Positions 30,014 to 39,626 of a DNA stretch of 54,674 nucleotides are shown in pieces. A program made the position numbers and the translations under genes. This stretch comes from Methylotenera sp. (GTDB lineage: Bacteria; Pseudomonadota; Gammaproteobacteria; Burkholderiales; Methylophilaceae). The notes beneath the pieces are model-generated. The model did not search any database. It was not told where the DNA came from and saw only the letters and a program-made list of their open reading frames with translations. Location: NCBI GenBank assembly GCA_025360485.1, contig JANYCB010000083.1, positions 1-54,674 of the forward strand, written 5' to 3'. Position 1 is the first letter of the stretch. Each line of letters opens with the position of its first letter.

Positions 30014-32328
30014 TACACGACTCCCTGAATTGGTGTAACACTGCGTGACAAACGTGCCGCATTGAGAATGACTAACAGAGAACTAAGCGCCATACCCAAA
30101 CCCGCCAACCATGCCGGCAGCAGGCCGACCACCGCTAACGGCACACAAACCGCGTTATAGGCGGCGGCCCAAATTAGATTTTGCTTGACGATACGCATAG
30201 TGCGTTTAGCTTGTGTAATCAAGTGCGGCACCATGGCTAATTGCCCACCCATCACAACAAAATCTGATTGTGCTTGTGCGAGTGGCACGGCCTGCCCCAT
30301 GGCGATTGAAACATGTGCACTTGCAAGCACTGGTCCATCATTCAGGCCATCTCCTACCATCGCCACTTGATGCCCTTGTTTTTGCAATGCTTGAATATGT
30401 GCAAGCTTGTCTTGCGGGGTACAGTTAGCAAATACCCCATGAATGCCAACCATGTTGGCGATGCGCTGCACCGATGGCAGTTGGTCACCCGATAATACTT
30501 CTACTGTGATATTATTTTCTTGCAAAGCACGAATTGCTGAAATCGCATCGGGCTTAATGGCCTCTACAATTTCAAAACTAGCGAGCCATCCATGTTCAGA
30601 AACTAGATGTACTTTTGAAGTATCGTCATTTGATTGATTAATACTTGTTTTATCTAAAGCACAAAATTGCGCAGAACCAAGTTTCAAGTGGCCATAAATT
30701 GAATTCGCCGTCAGTCCTAATCCTGAAATCTCCTGCACATTCACAACTTCTAGATTGATCTTAGACATTGGATATCTTTTAGAGGCTTCAACCAAAGCAC
30801 GCGAGGCAGGATGTAGTGAATATTGCGCGAGTGCTGCAGCAATCTGTATGGCCTGCATTTCACTCAAGCTCGCATCCGTGGCTATTTTGCCGATAGTCAT
30901 CTTATCCTCTGTCAGCGTGCCAGTCTTATCAAATACAATGGTATCGATGGTGGTAAGTGCTTCCAACGCTTGCATTCTACGTACCAGCACTCCGCTGCGC
31001 GCCAGCGCACCAGACACAGTAAGCATGGCAGCTGGCGTGGCTAGTGAAAGCGCACATGGGCATGTCACAACCAGCACTGCCACAGCTGCCATCAAAGCGC
31101 GGCTGTGATCGGTATGCCATAAAAAAGCGGCCGAGCCTACTGCCGCAAATAATACCGCCAGCAAAAAGGGGCGTGCAATGCGGTCTGCTAACAATGCCAG
31201 CCTAGGTTTATCCACTGTCACGCGCTCCATTAGCGCGACGATTTGCGCATAGCGTGTAGATTGGCCTATCTTATCAATGCGCACTTGCACTGAGGCACTG
31301 AGATTATGACTGCCAGCAATGGCTTCCGAGCCGATTACTTTAGATACAGGACGTGATTCACCTGTCAACAAGGCTTCATCCGCATTCGTGGTGCCAAGTG
31401 TTATGGTGCCGTCTGCGGGAAATGCTTCGCCTGGCAATACTCGAACAGTGTCACCAACATTCAAGTTGCGCACAGCAACGCGCTCAAAATTACCATCGGC
31501 TTTAAGGCGTTCTATGCTGCTTGGCAAGCGACGCATCAGCGCATCCAATGAACCTGCAGTGCGATCCCGCATGCGCAACTCTATCCAGCGACCAGTCAAC
31601 AGAAAAAATACAAACATTGTGAGCGAATCGAAATAAACCTCGTGCCCCCACCAACCAGAAGGTTCAAACGTCACGGCCGTGCTGACAATAAAAGTAATTA
31701 AAATACCCAGCGTAACAGGCATATCCATACTTATTTGGCGTTGTTTTAAATCATTCAGCGCGCTGCTAAAAAATGGCCCGCATGAGAAGAAGAGTACTGG
31801 AAGCGTTAATATCCAGGATGCCCAGCGCATTAGATTTAGCGCATCCACCGTCATTTCACCTGGGCTTGCATAGTAGCTCGGCATGGCGTACATCATCACC
31901 TGCATCATGCAGAATCCAGCGACCAATAGTCGCCAAAGCATTAATCGTTGATTTTTACGCCGATCATCTTGAATAAAGGCATCAGCTGCAGGCAGCGCGC
32001 GATAACCAGCCTTGCTAACAGCGCGCATCCATTCAGAGGGCTTGGTGGTATCAGCAGACCAAACTAAACGCCCGCGACCACTGGTTGCATTCACATCGGC
32101 ACTTAACACCCCAGGCACGGCTTTCAATGCTTTTTCTACATTTATCGCACATGCCGCGCAATGCATGCCTTCAATCGCCAAGCGCGATTCCCACTCATGC
32201 GTTTTGTTATCGTTTGCTTGGCTAAAGCTAGTCCATTCTGAAGGTTCATCAAGTGCAACCCACACATCTGCATCCGCTAAATTAATTGCTGGATGGTCTT
32301 GAAATTTAGATGAAAGTACAGTTTGCAT
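30013..32328 (-). CDS. ccoI: Cu-translocating P1B ATPase CcoI
   Basis: GMHCAAC, TGES, CPC, DKTGT and GDGLND motifs. Confidence 0.93.
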   Translation of the reverse strand: MQTVLSSKFQDHPAINLADADVWVALDEPSEWTSFSQANDNKTHEWESRLAIEGMHCAACAINVEKALKAVPGVLSADVNATSGRGRLVWSADTTKPSEWMRAVSKAGYRALPAADAFIQDDRRKNQRLMLWRLLVAGFCMMQVMMYAMPSYYASPGEMTVDALNLMRWASWILTLPVLFFSCGPFFSSALNDLKQRQISMDMPVTLGILITFIVSTAVTFEPSGWWGHEVYFDSLTMFVFFLLTGRWIELRMRDRTAGSLDALMRRLPSSIERLKADGNFERVAVRNLNVGDTVRVLPGEAFPADGTITLGTTNADEALLTGESRPVSKVIGSEAIAGSHNLSASVQVRIDKIGQSTRYAQIVALMERVTVDKPRLALLADRIARPFLLAVLFAAVGSAAFLWHTDHSRALMAAVAVLVVTCPCALSLATPAAMLTVSGALARSGVLVRRMQALEALTTIDTIVFDKTGTLTEDKMTIGKIATDASLSEMQAIQIAAALAQYSLHPASRALVEASKRYPMSKINLEVVNVQEISGLGLTANSIYGHLKLGSAQFCALDKTSINQSNDDTSKVHLVSEHGWLASFEIVEAIKPDAISAIRALQENNITVEVLSGDQLPSVQRIANMVGIHGVFANCTPQDKLAHIQALQKQGHQVAMVGDGLNDGPVLASAHVSIAMGQAVPLAQAQSDFVVMGGQLAMVPHLITQAKRTMRIVKQNLIWAAAYNAVCVPLAVVGLLPAWLAGLGMALSSLLVILNAARLSRSVTPIQGVV

Positions 32329-32449
32329 GGCAATGACTATCTTAAAGTGATGATAGTACGTAAACGTTAGCTATCAAGTTAGATTTGGTATACCCGTGCG
32401 AACACATAGGCGCGACCGTTTATACTAAATCTATATACCTTAATTGACT

Positions 32450-32463
32450 TTGACGCATGTCAA
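32450..32463. promoter_or_regulatory. FNR-like box upstream of ccoI
   Basis: Palindromic TTGAC-GCAT-GTCAA. Confidence 0.6.
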
Positions 32464-32533
32464 CTACTGTGACTATGGCCAATAAAATAAAAACTATTGT
32501 AGACCTTAAATAGGTCCTCAGGGATGCTGAATT

Positions 32534-33343
32534 TTACGCTACTTGTGTTTTTAATTTTTCGGTTAGATGCGGGCTCAATACCTGTAATATTTGCGCAAAC
32601 ACTTTTGGGTTGGCCGCCACAATATTGCCAGTCGTAATCCAGCTTTCGTTGCCTTCGAAATCACCCACCATGCCGCCCGCCTCTTGCACCAGCAAGCCGC
32701 CAGCAGCAATGTCCCAAGTAGATAAACCAATCTCAAAAAAACCATCGGTATAGCCTACTGCCACATACGCCAAATCGAGCGCGGCTGAACCTGGTCGGCG
32801 AATACCTGTGGTTTTTTTAATCATGTCTTTTAACATCCCCATGTAAGTATCTAGATGCGTAAAATCGCGAAACGGAAAGCCTGTACCGATGAGTGAATCT
32901 TGCAATTTTGTTCGATTGGTGACACGAATGCGCTTATCGTTTAAAAATGCACCACGGCCTTTGGTGGCGGTAAATAAATCGTTACGCACAGGGTCGAAAA
33001 TCACCGCTTGTGTGAGCACACCCTTTTGCTGCAAGGCAATGGAGATGCAGTATTGCGGAAAATTATGTAAGAAATTCGTTGTGCCATCCAATGGGTCAAT
33101 TATCCAAATATTTTCTGATTCAATATTCGTATTGCCACTTTCCTCACCTAAAAATCCATGGTCAGGGTAAGCAAATTTTAGCGTGTCTATAATCGCCTGC
33201 TCAGCCGCATGGTCAACCTCGCTCACAAAATCGTTAAACGTTTTGCTTGTGACCGAAAGCGCATTCACGTCTTGCGATGCACGATTAATAATTCGGCCAG
33301 CTTCGCGCGCGGCTTTTACTGCAATACTTAGCATTGGATGCAT
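32534..33343 (-). CDS. suhB: Inositol monophosphatase / Nus factor SuhB
   Basis: [24 protein letters not shown] and WDIAAG motifs. Confidence 0.93.
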   Translation of the reverse strand: MHPMLSIAVKAAREAGRIINRASQDVNALSVTSKTFNDFVSEVDHAAEQAIIDTLKFAYPDHGFLGEESGNTNIESENIWIIDPLDGTTNFLHNFPQYCISIALQQKGVLTQAVIFDPVRNDLFTATKGRGAFLNDKRIRVTNRTKLQDSLIGTGFPFRDFTHLDTYMGMLKDMIKKTTGIRRPGSAALDLAYVAVGYTDGFFEIGLSTWDIAAGGLLVQEAGGMVGDFEGNESWITTGNIVAANPKVFAQILQVLSPHLTEKLKTQVA

Positions 33344-33405
33344 AACTTAAATTTCTTAAAGAGCTGTTAAAATGCTATTTTAGCATTATTAGGCGTTTCC
33401 CCAAA

Positions 33406-34158
33406 TTGTCCCAGCCAATTTTTAAAAGTACCATTTTCAACAATATTAGAATAGTTCTTTGCAATACCAGTCACCCTGGTAATATCGGCTCAGCCGCGCG
33501 CGCCATGAAAACTATGGGGTTTCAACACCTATATTTAGTGCAGCCCGATAAATTTCCCAACCCGCAAGCCAGCGCACTTGCCGCAGGTGCAGATGACGTG
33601 CTAGATAACGCAATTGTGACGCAAACCTTATCTGAAGCGCTGGTTGGCTGTGCCTTCGCGATTGGCATGAGCGCACGCAAACGTTATTTATCGCACGAAA
33701 CCGTGAATGCGCGCGAGGCTGCCTTGCAAGCCAATATCTATGCAGCTTCCCAGCCTGTTGCATTTGTGTTCGGTACCGAGATGAGCGGCCTCACCAATGC
33801 CGAGCTAGATTGCTGCCAACTGCTTGCGATGATTCCGGCCAACCCTGAATATTCATCACTCAACCTGGCCATGGCAGTACAAATCATGTGCTACGAGCTG
33901 AGAATGGATGCTCTGCAAGGCAATATCCATGGGCCTGCTGGCGAGGTGCTTGCGACGAATGACGATCTGGAACGCTTTTATTCACACTTAGAAGAAACCC
34001 TGCTGCACATTGGCTACTTAAACCCCAATGCGCCGAAAAAACTGTTCGAACGCATGCGCCGTTTATATTCGCGTGCAAGATTAGAAAAAGAAGAAGTGAA
34101 TTTACTCCGTGGCGTGTTGACACTCACACTAGAGCCACGCAAGCATACGAAATATTAA
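33406..34158 (+). CDS. trmJ: tRNA (C32/U32-2'-O)-methyltransferase TrmJ
   Basis: TSHPGNIGSAARAMKTMG, FGTE.SGL.N and YSSLNLA motifs. Confidence 0.92.
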   Translation: MSQPIFKSTIFNNIRIVLCNTSHPGNIGSAARAMKTMGFQHLYLVQPDKFPNPQASALAAGADDVLDNAIVTQTLSEALVGCAFAIGMSARKRYLSHETVNAREAALQANIYAASQPVAFVFGTEMSGLTNAELDCCQLLAMIPANPEYSSLNLAMAVQIMCYELRMDALQGNIHGPAGEVLATNDDLERFYSHLEETLLHIGYLNPNAPKKLFERMRRLYSRARLEKEEVNLLRGVLTLTLEPRKHTKY

Positions 34159-34180
34159 AACACACTGCGCTATTTGCCAT

Positions 34181-34231
34181 AAACACCTGCTCTGCAAGCC
34201 TTATAGGTATTGGCTTGCAGAGCAGGTGTTT
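34181..34231. repeat. 20-bp perfect inverted repeat (terminator or REP-like)
   Basis: AAACACCTGCTCTGCAAGCC / GGCTTGCAGAGCAGGTGTTT with an 11-nt loop, downstream of trmJ. Confidence 0.75.
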
Positions 34232-34355
34232 TAGCACATAATGCATGTTTTGATTAATTTAAACCTAGTATTAAGCTGTCAGTTTTGTGTAAGCTTGTGG
34301 GAATACAGTGCAGTTGCGGTACAAAAAAATTTTATAACTATTAAGGACTAGGATC

Positions 34356-34529
34356 ATGAAAAAAGTATTAGCATTAGTTTTATTAGCAGCATTTAGTTTT
34401 GCTACAGCTTCAGCAATGGCATGCCCAAAAGGTGAAGTTATGACTGGCGGCACTGGCAAACATCATAAAGGTGGTACATGCGCCCCTAAAGCAGTTAAGC
34501 CTGTAGCAGCACCAGCTGCCAAGAAATAA
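34356..34529 (+). CDS. Small secreted protein (57 aa) with two Cys and a His-His pair
   Basis: MKKVLALVLLAAFSFATASAMA|CPKGEVMTGGTGKHHKGGTCAPKAVKPVAAPAAKK; AAGGA RBS; own terminator. Not in the ORF track. Confidence 0.82.
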   Translation: MKKVLALVLLAAFSFATASAMACPKGEVMTGGTGKHHKGGTCAPKAVKPVAAPAAKK

Positions 34530-34546
34530 TTGTGCAGTTGAAAACT

Positions 34547-34570
34547 AAAACCGCCTTCGGGCGGTTTTTT
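34547..34570 (+). terminator. Rho-independent terminator
   Basis: AAAACCGCC-TTCG-GGCGGTTTTTT. Confidence 0.9.
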
Positions 34571-34602
34571 GTAATACACAATCAACTATAAATCTCAATA
34601 AT

Positions 34603-34627
34603 TAAACCTAGTATTTTAGTCAACAAT
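34603..34627. promoter_or_regulatory. IscR type-1-like box upstream of cysE
   Basis: TAAACCTAGTATTTTAGTCAACAAT; 20/25 identical to the reverse complement of the box before iscR. Confidence 0.7.
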
Positions 34628-34673
34628 TATCTTTTGTGGCATAATAATGTTTTGTTTTGTGCATTTAAAAAAC

Positions 34674-35423
34674 ATGTTTGATCATTTAAAAGAAGATATA
34701 TCCATCGTTTTCGACCGCGACCCAGCGGCACGTACGCATTTTGAAATTCTCACCACTTACCCAGGCGTGCATGCTTTGATTATGCATCGCTTTAGTCATT
34801 GGCTGTGGAAGGCTCGATTCTATTGGCTCGGGCGCATGTTCTCACATATTGGCCGCTTTTTAACGGGCATAGAAATTCACCCTGGCGCCACCATTGGTCA
34901 CCGTGTGTTTATCGACCACGGCATGGGTGTGGTGATAGGCGAAACCGCTATTATTGGCGACGATTGCACGCTGTATCACGGCGTGACGCTTGGTGGCACT
35001 TCTTGGAACAAAGGCAAACGCCACCCCACACTTGAACAAGGCGTGGTGATTGGTGCGGGCGCGAAAGTGCTGGGGCCGATTACGATAGGCAAAAATGCGA
35101 AAATTGGCTCAAACGCTGTAGTGGTGAAAGATGTGCCAGAAAACGCTACTGCGGTGGGCATTCCTGCGCGCATTTTGGAAGAAGAAAAAGCCAAAGCCGC
35201 CGCACAGATCGCCAAATTTAGCGCGTATGCGGTTGGTGGCGATGATGATGACCCCTTGGCCAAAGCCTTACAAGGCTTATTGGAGCACGTCACCAAACAA
35301 GATGCTGATTTACAAACGCTTAAAACACAACTTGCAGAAATGGCCGAAAGTGACAATCAAGTTGCTGAGGCTTTTGGTGCCAAAAAAGCCACCCCAAAGC
35401 CACGCACAAAATCTAAAAAATAA
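34674..35423 (+). CDS. cysE: Serine O-acetyltransferase
   Basis: [22 protein letters not shown] and KRHPT motifs. ATG 34674 is the likely start. Confidence 0.95.
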   Translation: MFDHLKEDISIVFDRDPAARTHFEILTTYPGVHALIMHRFSHWLWKARFYWLGRMFSHIGRFLTGIEIHPGATIGHRVFIDHGMGVVIGETAIIGDDCTLYHGVTLGGTSWNKGKRHPTLEQGVVIGAGAKVLGPITIGKNAKIGSNAVVVKDVPENATAVGIPARILEEEKAKAAAQIAKFSAYAVGGDDDDPLAKALQGLLEHVTKQDADLQTLKTQLAEMAESDNQVAEAFGAKKATPKPRTKSKK

Positions 35424-35443
35424 GATATGAACTTAATTCCGCA

Positions 35444-35468
35444 ATAATTGACTAAATTACTAGGTTAT
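35444..35468. promoter_or_regulatory. IscR type-1 autoregulatory box
   Basis: ATAATTGACTAAATTACTAGGTTAT resembles the ATASYYGACTRWWWYAGTCRRSTAT consensus and overlaps the TTGACT/TAGAAT promoter. Confidence 0.75.
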
Positions 35469-35485
35469 TATAGAATTCAAGGATT

Positions 35486-35965
35486 ATGAGACTCACCACC
35501 AAAGGCCGTTTTGCCGTTACTGCCATGCTAGACCTCGCTTTAAACGAGGCTGACAAACCCGTGACGCTCGCGGGTATTAGCGAGCGCCAAGCCATTTCGC
35601 TCTCTTATTTAGAGCAGTTATTTAGTCGTTTACGTCGTCAAGGTTTGGTTACCAGTGTGCGCGGTCCTGGTGGCGGATATCGCGTAGCAAAAGCACATGA
35701 AGAAATTTCAGTTTCAAATATTATTACTGCTGTGGATGAGCTAATAGACGCCACCCAATGCGGCGGACAAGAGAATTGCCATGATGAAGGCCGCTGCATG
35801 ACGCACGATTTATGGGCATCACTTAATAGCAAAATTTTGGATTATTTATCTGGCGTAACGCTAGCCGATATGGTTGAAAACAAACGCCAGAATGATGCTG
35901 GTAATGTCAGCCAATTGGTTTTTACTCCGCGCAAAACTTGTACTGCCGAGGAAGTGGCTGCTTAA
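35486..35965 (+). CDS. iscR: Fe-S cluster transcription factor IscR
   Basis: [18 protein letters not shown]; C-x5-C-x5-C-xx-H ligands. Confidence 0.96.
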   Translation: MRLTTKGRFAVTAMLDLALNEADKPVTLAGISERQAISLSYLEQLFSRLRRQGLVTSVRGPGGGYRVAKAHEEISVSNIITAVDELIDATQCGGQENCHDEGRCMTHDLWASLNSKILDYLSGVTLADMVENKRQNDAGNVSQLVFTPRKTCTAEEVAA

Positions 35966-37111
35966 ATGTCACAAGTCTATTTTGATCATAACAGCACCAC
36001 CGCGCTCAAGACTGAAGTGCTTGAGGTGATGTTGCCGTTTATGGCGAATCAGCACGGCAATCCGACCAGTCGCCATAGTTTTGGCCGAACAGCGCGCGCC
36101 GCAGTGGAGCATGCGCGTGAGCAAGTGGCCAGCGCAGTTGGCGCCTATGCCACACAAATCGTATTTACCGCCAGCGGTACAGAGGCCAATAATTTCGCAG
36201 TGCAAGGTATTGTGAGCGGCCTGGAACCTGCGCAGATACTTGTGAGTAGTATTGAGCATCCGTGCGTATCACGCCCTGCCCTTGCTATGCAGGCGCGTGG
36301 CTGGAAAACGCATAGTATTAACATAGACGATAATTGCAACCTGGATATAACACACTTGCAAAAACTGCTGAAAGCCCCAACTAATTTAGTATCGGTAATG
36401 TTAGCGAATAACGAAACAGGAGCGATTCAAGATATTGCAAAAGTGGCTGAGTTAGCGCGCGAACACAAAGCTTATGTGCATACCGATGCGGTGCAAGCGC
36501 TGGGTAAAATCCCTGTCGATTTTTTTGCGTTAAATGTGCATGCGATGACGATTTCTAGCCACAAAATTGGCGGCCCGCTTGGCGCTGGCGCGCTGGTGCT
36601 AGATAAACGTATTGATATTCAACCATTGTTACACGGTGGTGGCCAGGAAAAAGGCTTGCGTAGCGGCACAGAAAATGTAGCGGCGATTGTCGGTTTTGGT
36701 GCGGCTTGTGAATTGGCTGTTAAAAACTTGACCGCATTTGATATGCATACTGAGCATTTACGTAAACATTTGGAAACTGGCTTAAAAAAATTGAACGCAG
36801 TCATTTTTGGACAAAACGCATTGCGTATCCCCAACACCAGTTTTTTTGCTTTCCCCAATATGGATGGCGAAACTTTGGTGATGGCGTTAGATCGCAAGGG
36901 CTTTGCCGTAGCAAGCGGTTCGGCATGTTCGTCTGATAGCGACAAACCAAGCCATGTGTTACTAGCAATGGGTGTTGATGAAGATTTAGCGCGTGGGGCG
37001 ATACGTGTAAGCTTTGGCGCCAGCAATACAATAGAACAAGTGCAGCATTTTTTAACTGCACTTGAAGGTGAATTAACACGATTGAAAAATTTAGCCGCAA
37101 TAGCAGCATAG
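35966..37111 (+). CDS. Second group-I cysteine desulfurase (IscS/NifS-like)
   Basis: YFDHNSTT, SSHKIGGP and ASGSACS motifs; lacks the IscS C-terminal tail. Confidence 0.9.
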   Translation: MSQVYFDHNSTTALKTEVLEVMLPFMANQHGNPTSRHSFGRTARAAVEHAREQVASAVGAYATQIVFTASGTEANNFAVQGIVSGLEPAQILVSSIEHPCVSRPALAMQARGWKTHSINIDDNCNLDITHLQKLLKAPTNLVSVMLANNETGAIQDIAKVAELAREHKAYVHTDAVQALGKIPVDFFALNVHAMTISSHKIGGPLGAGALVLDKRIDIQPLLHGGGQEKGLRSGTENVAAIVGFGAACELAVKNLTAFDMHTEHLRKHLETGLKKLNAVIFGQNALRIPNTSFFAFPNMDGETLVMALDRKGFAVASGSACSSDSDKPSHVLLAMGVDEDLARGAIRVSFGASNTIEQVQHFLTALEGELTRLKNLAAIAA

Positions 37112-37136
37112 GCATATAGAAAGCAGTTTGTAAAAC

Positions 37137-38351
37137 ATGGATAGACAACCGATTTATTTAGATTACTCAGCCACCACTCCGGTAGACCCGCGTGTGGCTA
37201 CCAAGATGATTCCGTTCTTAACGGAGCATTACGGTAACCCTGCGTCACGCAGCCATCCATTTGGCTGGACGGCCGAAAAAGCTGTGGAAAATGCGCGTGA
37301 AGAAGTGGCGAAACTAGTGGGTGCTGACCCACGCGAAATTGTATGGACATCAGGCGCGACAGAATCGAATAATCTTGCCATTAAAGGTGCGGCCAATTTT
37401 TACGCGTCCACCAAAGGCAAACACATTATTACTGTTGCTACCGAACATAAAGCGGTGATTGACCCCATTCGCGAACTAGAGCGACAAGGGTTTGAAGCGA
37501 CATTTTTGGAGCCCGAGCCTGATGGTTTGGTTGATTTAGCCAAGTTCAAAGCGGCGATTCGCCCAGATACCGTTTTAGCCAGCGTCATGCTAGTCAATAA
37601 TGAAATCGGCGTGATTCAAGATATTGAAGCGATTGGCAATATTTGCCGTGAAAATGGTGTGATTTTTCATGTAGATGCCGCACAAGCCACTGGCAAAGTG
37701 GTGATTGACTTAGAAAAATTACCCGTCGATTTGATGAGCTTTAGCGCACATAAAACCTACGGCCCAAAAGGCATCGGCGCGTTGTACGTACGCCGTAAAC
37801 CACGCATTCGTATTGAAGCGCAAATGCATGGTGGTGGCCATGAGCGTGGTATGCGCTCTGGAACTTTAGCGACGCACCAAATTGTCGGCATGGGTGAAGC
37901 ATTTAGAATTGCACGTGAAGAAATGGCGACCGAAAATGAGCGTATTCGCATGCTCAGAGACCGTTTACTTGCTGGCTTGCAGGACATCGAAGAAACGTAT
38001 GTCAATGGTGACTTGGCACATCGTGTGCCGCATAATTTGAATATCAGCTTCAATTATGTAGAAGGTGAATCGTTGATTATGGCGGTAAAAGATATTGCAG
38101 TTTCCAGTGGCTCGGCGTGTACTTCTGCAAGCTTGGAGCCAAGTTATGTATTACGTGCTTTAGGCCGTAGCGATGAGCTTGCGCATAGTTCCATTCGCTT
38201 CTCAATTGGGCGCTTTACAACTGAAGCCGATGTGGATTACACGATAGAATTATTAAAAAACAAAGTAGGTAAATTAAGAGAGCTGTCGCCACTATGGGAT
38301 ATGTTCAAAGATGGTATTGATATCAGTAAAGTACAGTGGGCGGCACATTAA
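37137..38351 (+). CDS. iscS: Cysteine desulfurase IscS
   Basis: [35 protein letters not shown] and SPLW...WAAH. Confidence 0.97.
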   Translation: MDRQPIYLDYSATTPVDPRVATKMIPFLTEHYGNPASRSHPFGWTAEKAVENAREEVAKLVGADPREIVWTSGATESNNLAIKGAANFYASTKGKHIITVATEHKAVIDPIRELERQGFEATFLEPEPDGLVDLAKFKAAIRPDTVLASVMLVNNEIGVIQDIEAIGNICRENGVIFHVDAAQATGKVVIDLEKLPVDLMSFSAHKTYGPKGIGALYVRRKPRIRIEAQMHGGGHERGMRSGTLATHQIVGMGEAFRIAREEMATENERIRMLRDRLLAGLQDIEETYVNGDLAHRVPHNLNISFNYVEGESLIMAVKDIAVSSGSACTSASLEPSYVLRALGRSDELAHSSIRFSIGRFTTEADVDYTIELLKNKVGKLRELSPLWDMFKDGIDISKVQWAAH

Positions 38352-38388
38352 ATAGCTGGTTATTACAACCAGGCAAAGGAGCAACAAA

Positions 38389-38787
38389 ATGGCATATTCA
38401 GATAAAGTTTTAGATCACTACGAAAACCCGCGTAACGTGGGCAGCTTAGATAAAAACGACCCGAACGTCGGCACTGGAATGGTCGGTGCGCCCGCTTGTG
38501 GCGACGTCATGAAGTTAATGATTAAGGTGAATGATGCTGGCATTATCGAAGATGCTAAGTTCAAAACCTATGGCTGTGGCTCGGCGATTGCTTCTAGCTC
38601 GCTTGTGACCGAGTGGCTAAAAGGCAAAACTGTGGATGAAGCTTACGCGATTAAAAACTCTGCAATTGCAGAAGAACTCGCTTTGCCGCCCGTGAAAATT
38701 CACTGCTCTGTATTGGCTGAAGATGCGATTAAAGCCGCTGTGGCTGACATTAAAGCGAAACAATTGGCAGCGAAAGTAGCCGCATAA
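38389..38787 (+). CDS. iscU: Fe-S scaffold IscU
   Basis: GAPACGDVM and LPPVKIHCS motifs. Confidence 0.97.
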   Translation: MAYSDKVLDHYENPRNVGSLDKNDPNVGTGMVGAPACGDVMKLMIKVNDAGIIEDAKFKTYGCGSAIASSSLVTEWLKGKTVDEAYAIKNSAIAEELALPPVKIHCSVLAEDAIKAAVADIKAKQLAAKVAA

Positions 38788-38790
38788 TTT

Positions 38791-39114
38791 ATGGCAATAA
38801 CACTGACACAAACCGCGGCAAACCGCGTCGAAAAATTCCTTGCTAACCGTGGCAAAGGCATTGGTTTACGCTTGGGCGTTAAAACTACAGGTTGCTCAGG
38901 CATGGCTTATACGCTTGAGTTTGTGGACGATATGCACCCAGAAGACATGGCGTTTGAAAGCCGCGGTGTAAAGGTGATTGTTGACCCAAAGAGCCTGGCC
39001 TACATTGATGGTACCGAACTTGACTTCACTAAAGAGGGTTTGAACGAAGGTTTTAAATTCAACAATCCCAATGTGAAGGACGAGTGCGGCTGCGGTGAAA
39101 GTTTTACAGTGTGA
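38791..39114 (+). CDS. iscA: Fe-S assembly protein IscA
   Basis: TGCSG and CGCGESF motifs. Confidence 0.96.
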   Translation: MAITLTQTAANRVEKFLANRGKGIGLRLGVKTTGCSGMAYTLEFVDDMHPEDMAFESRGVKVIVDPKSLAYIDGTELDFTKEGLNEGFKFNNPNVKDECGCGESFTV

Positions 39115-39626
39115 ACTTGAATTACTTTGAGCTGTTCGAGCTTAAGCCAGCATTCGACATTGATTTAGCCGCTTTAGAAAATAATTACCGCAAAATACAA
39201 TCAGAAAGCCACCCAGACCGTTTTGTGACTGCCACCTCTGCTGAAAAACTCGCGTCCATGCAAACCGCTACACTTGCTAATGAGGCATATCAAACGTTAA
39301 AAAAACCAACGAACCGCGCCAAGTATTTATTAGAGTTACAAGGTATTAATGCGTTAGTAGATAACAATACCAACATGCCTGCGGATTTTTTAATGCAGCA
39401 AATGGAGTGGCGAGAAGCTGTGGAAGGCAACGCGACCAACTTAAGTGGCATGCATCGCTTATTGCGAGATATTAAGCACGAGGCTGCGACATTACAGGAA
39501 ACCTTGGCGGATGAGTTAGACACAAAAAAAGCATGGCAAGCTGCGGCAGAAACTTTACGTAAATTACAGTTTATGGATAAATTGCGTGAAGAAATCGCAC
39601 GTAAACTAGCAATATTAGAAGACTAA
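39111..39626 (+). CDS. hscB: Co-chaperone HscB
   Basis: NYFELF..HPD and [10 protein letters not shown] motifs. Confidence 0.95.
   Translation: MNLNYFELFELKPAFDIDLAALENNYRKIQSESHPDRFVTATSAEKLASMQTATLANEAYQTLKKPTNRAKYLLELQGINALVDNNTNMPADFLMQQMEWREAVEGNATNLSGMHRLLRDIKHEAATLQETLADELDTKKAWQAAAETLRKLQFMDKLREEIARKLAILED

Noticed and set aside
34271-34459. 62-aa minus-strand ORF
   Set aside because: Shadow of the plus-strand secreted mini-protein, which has the RBS, signal peptide and terminator.
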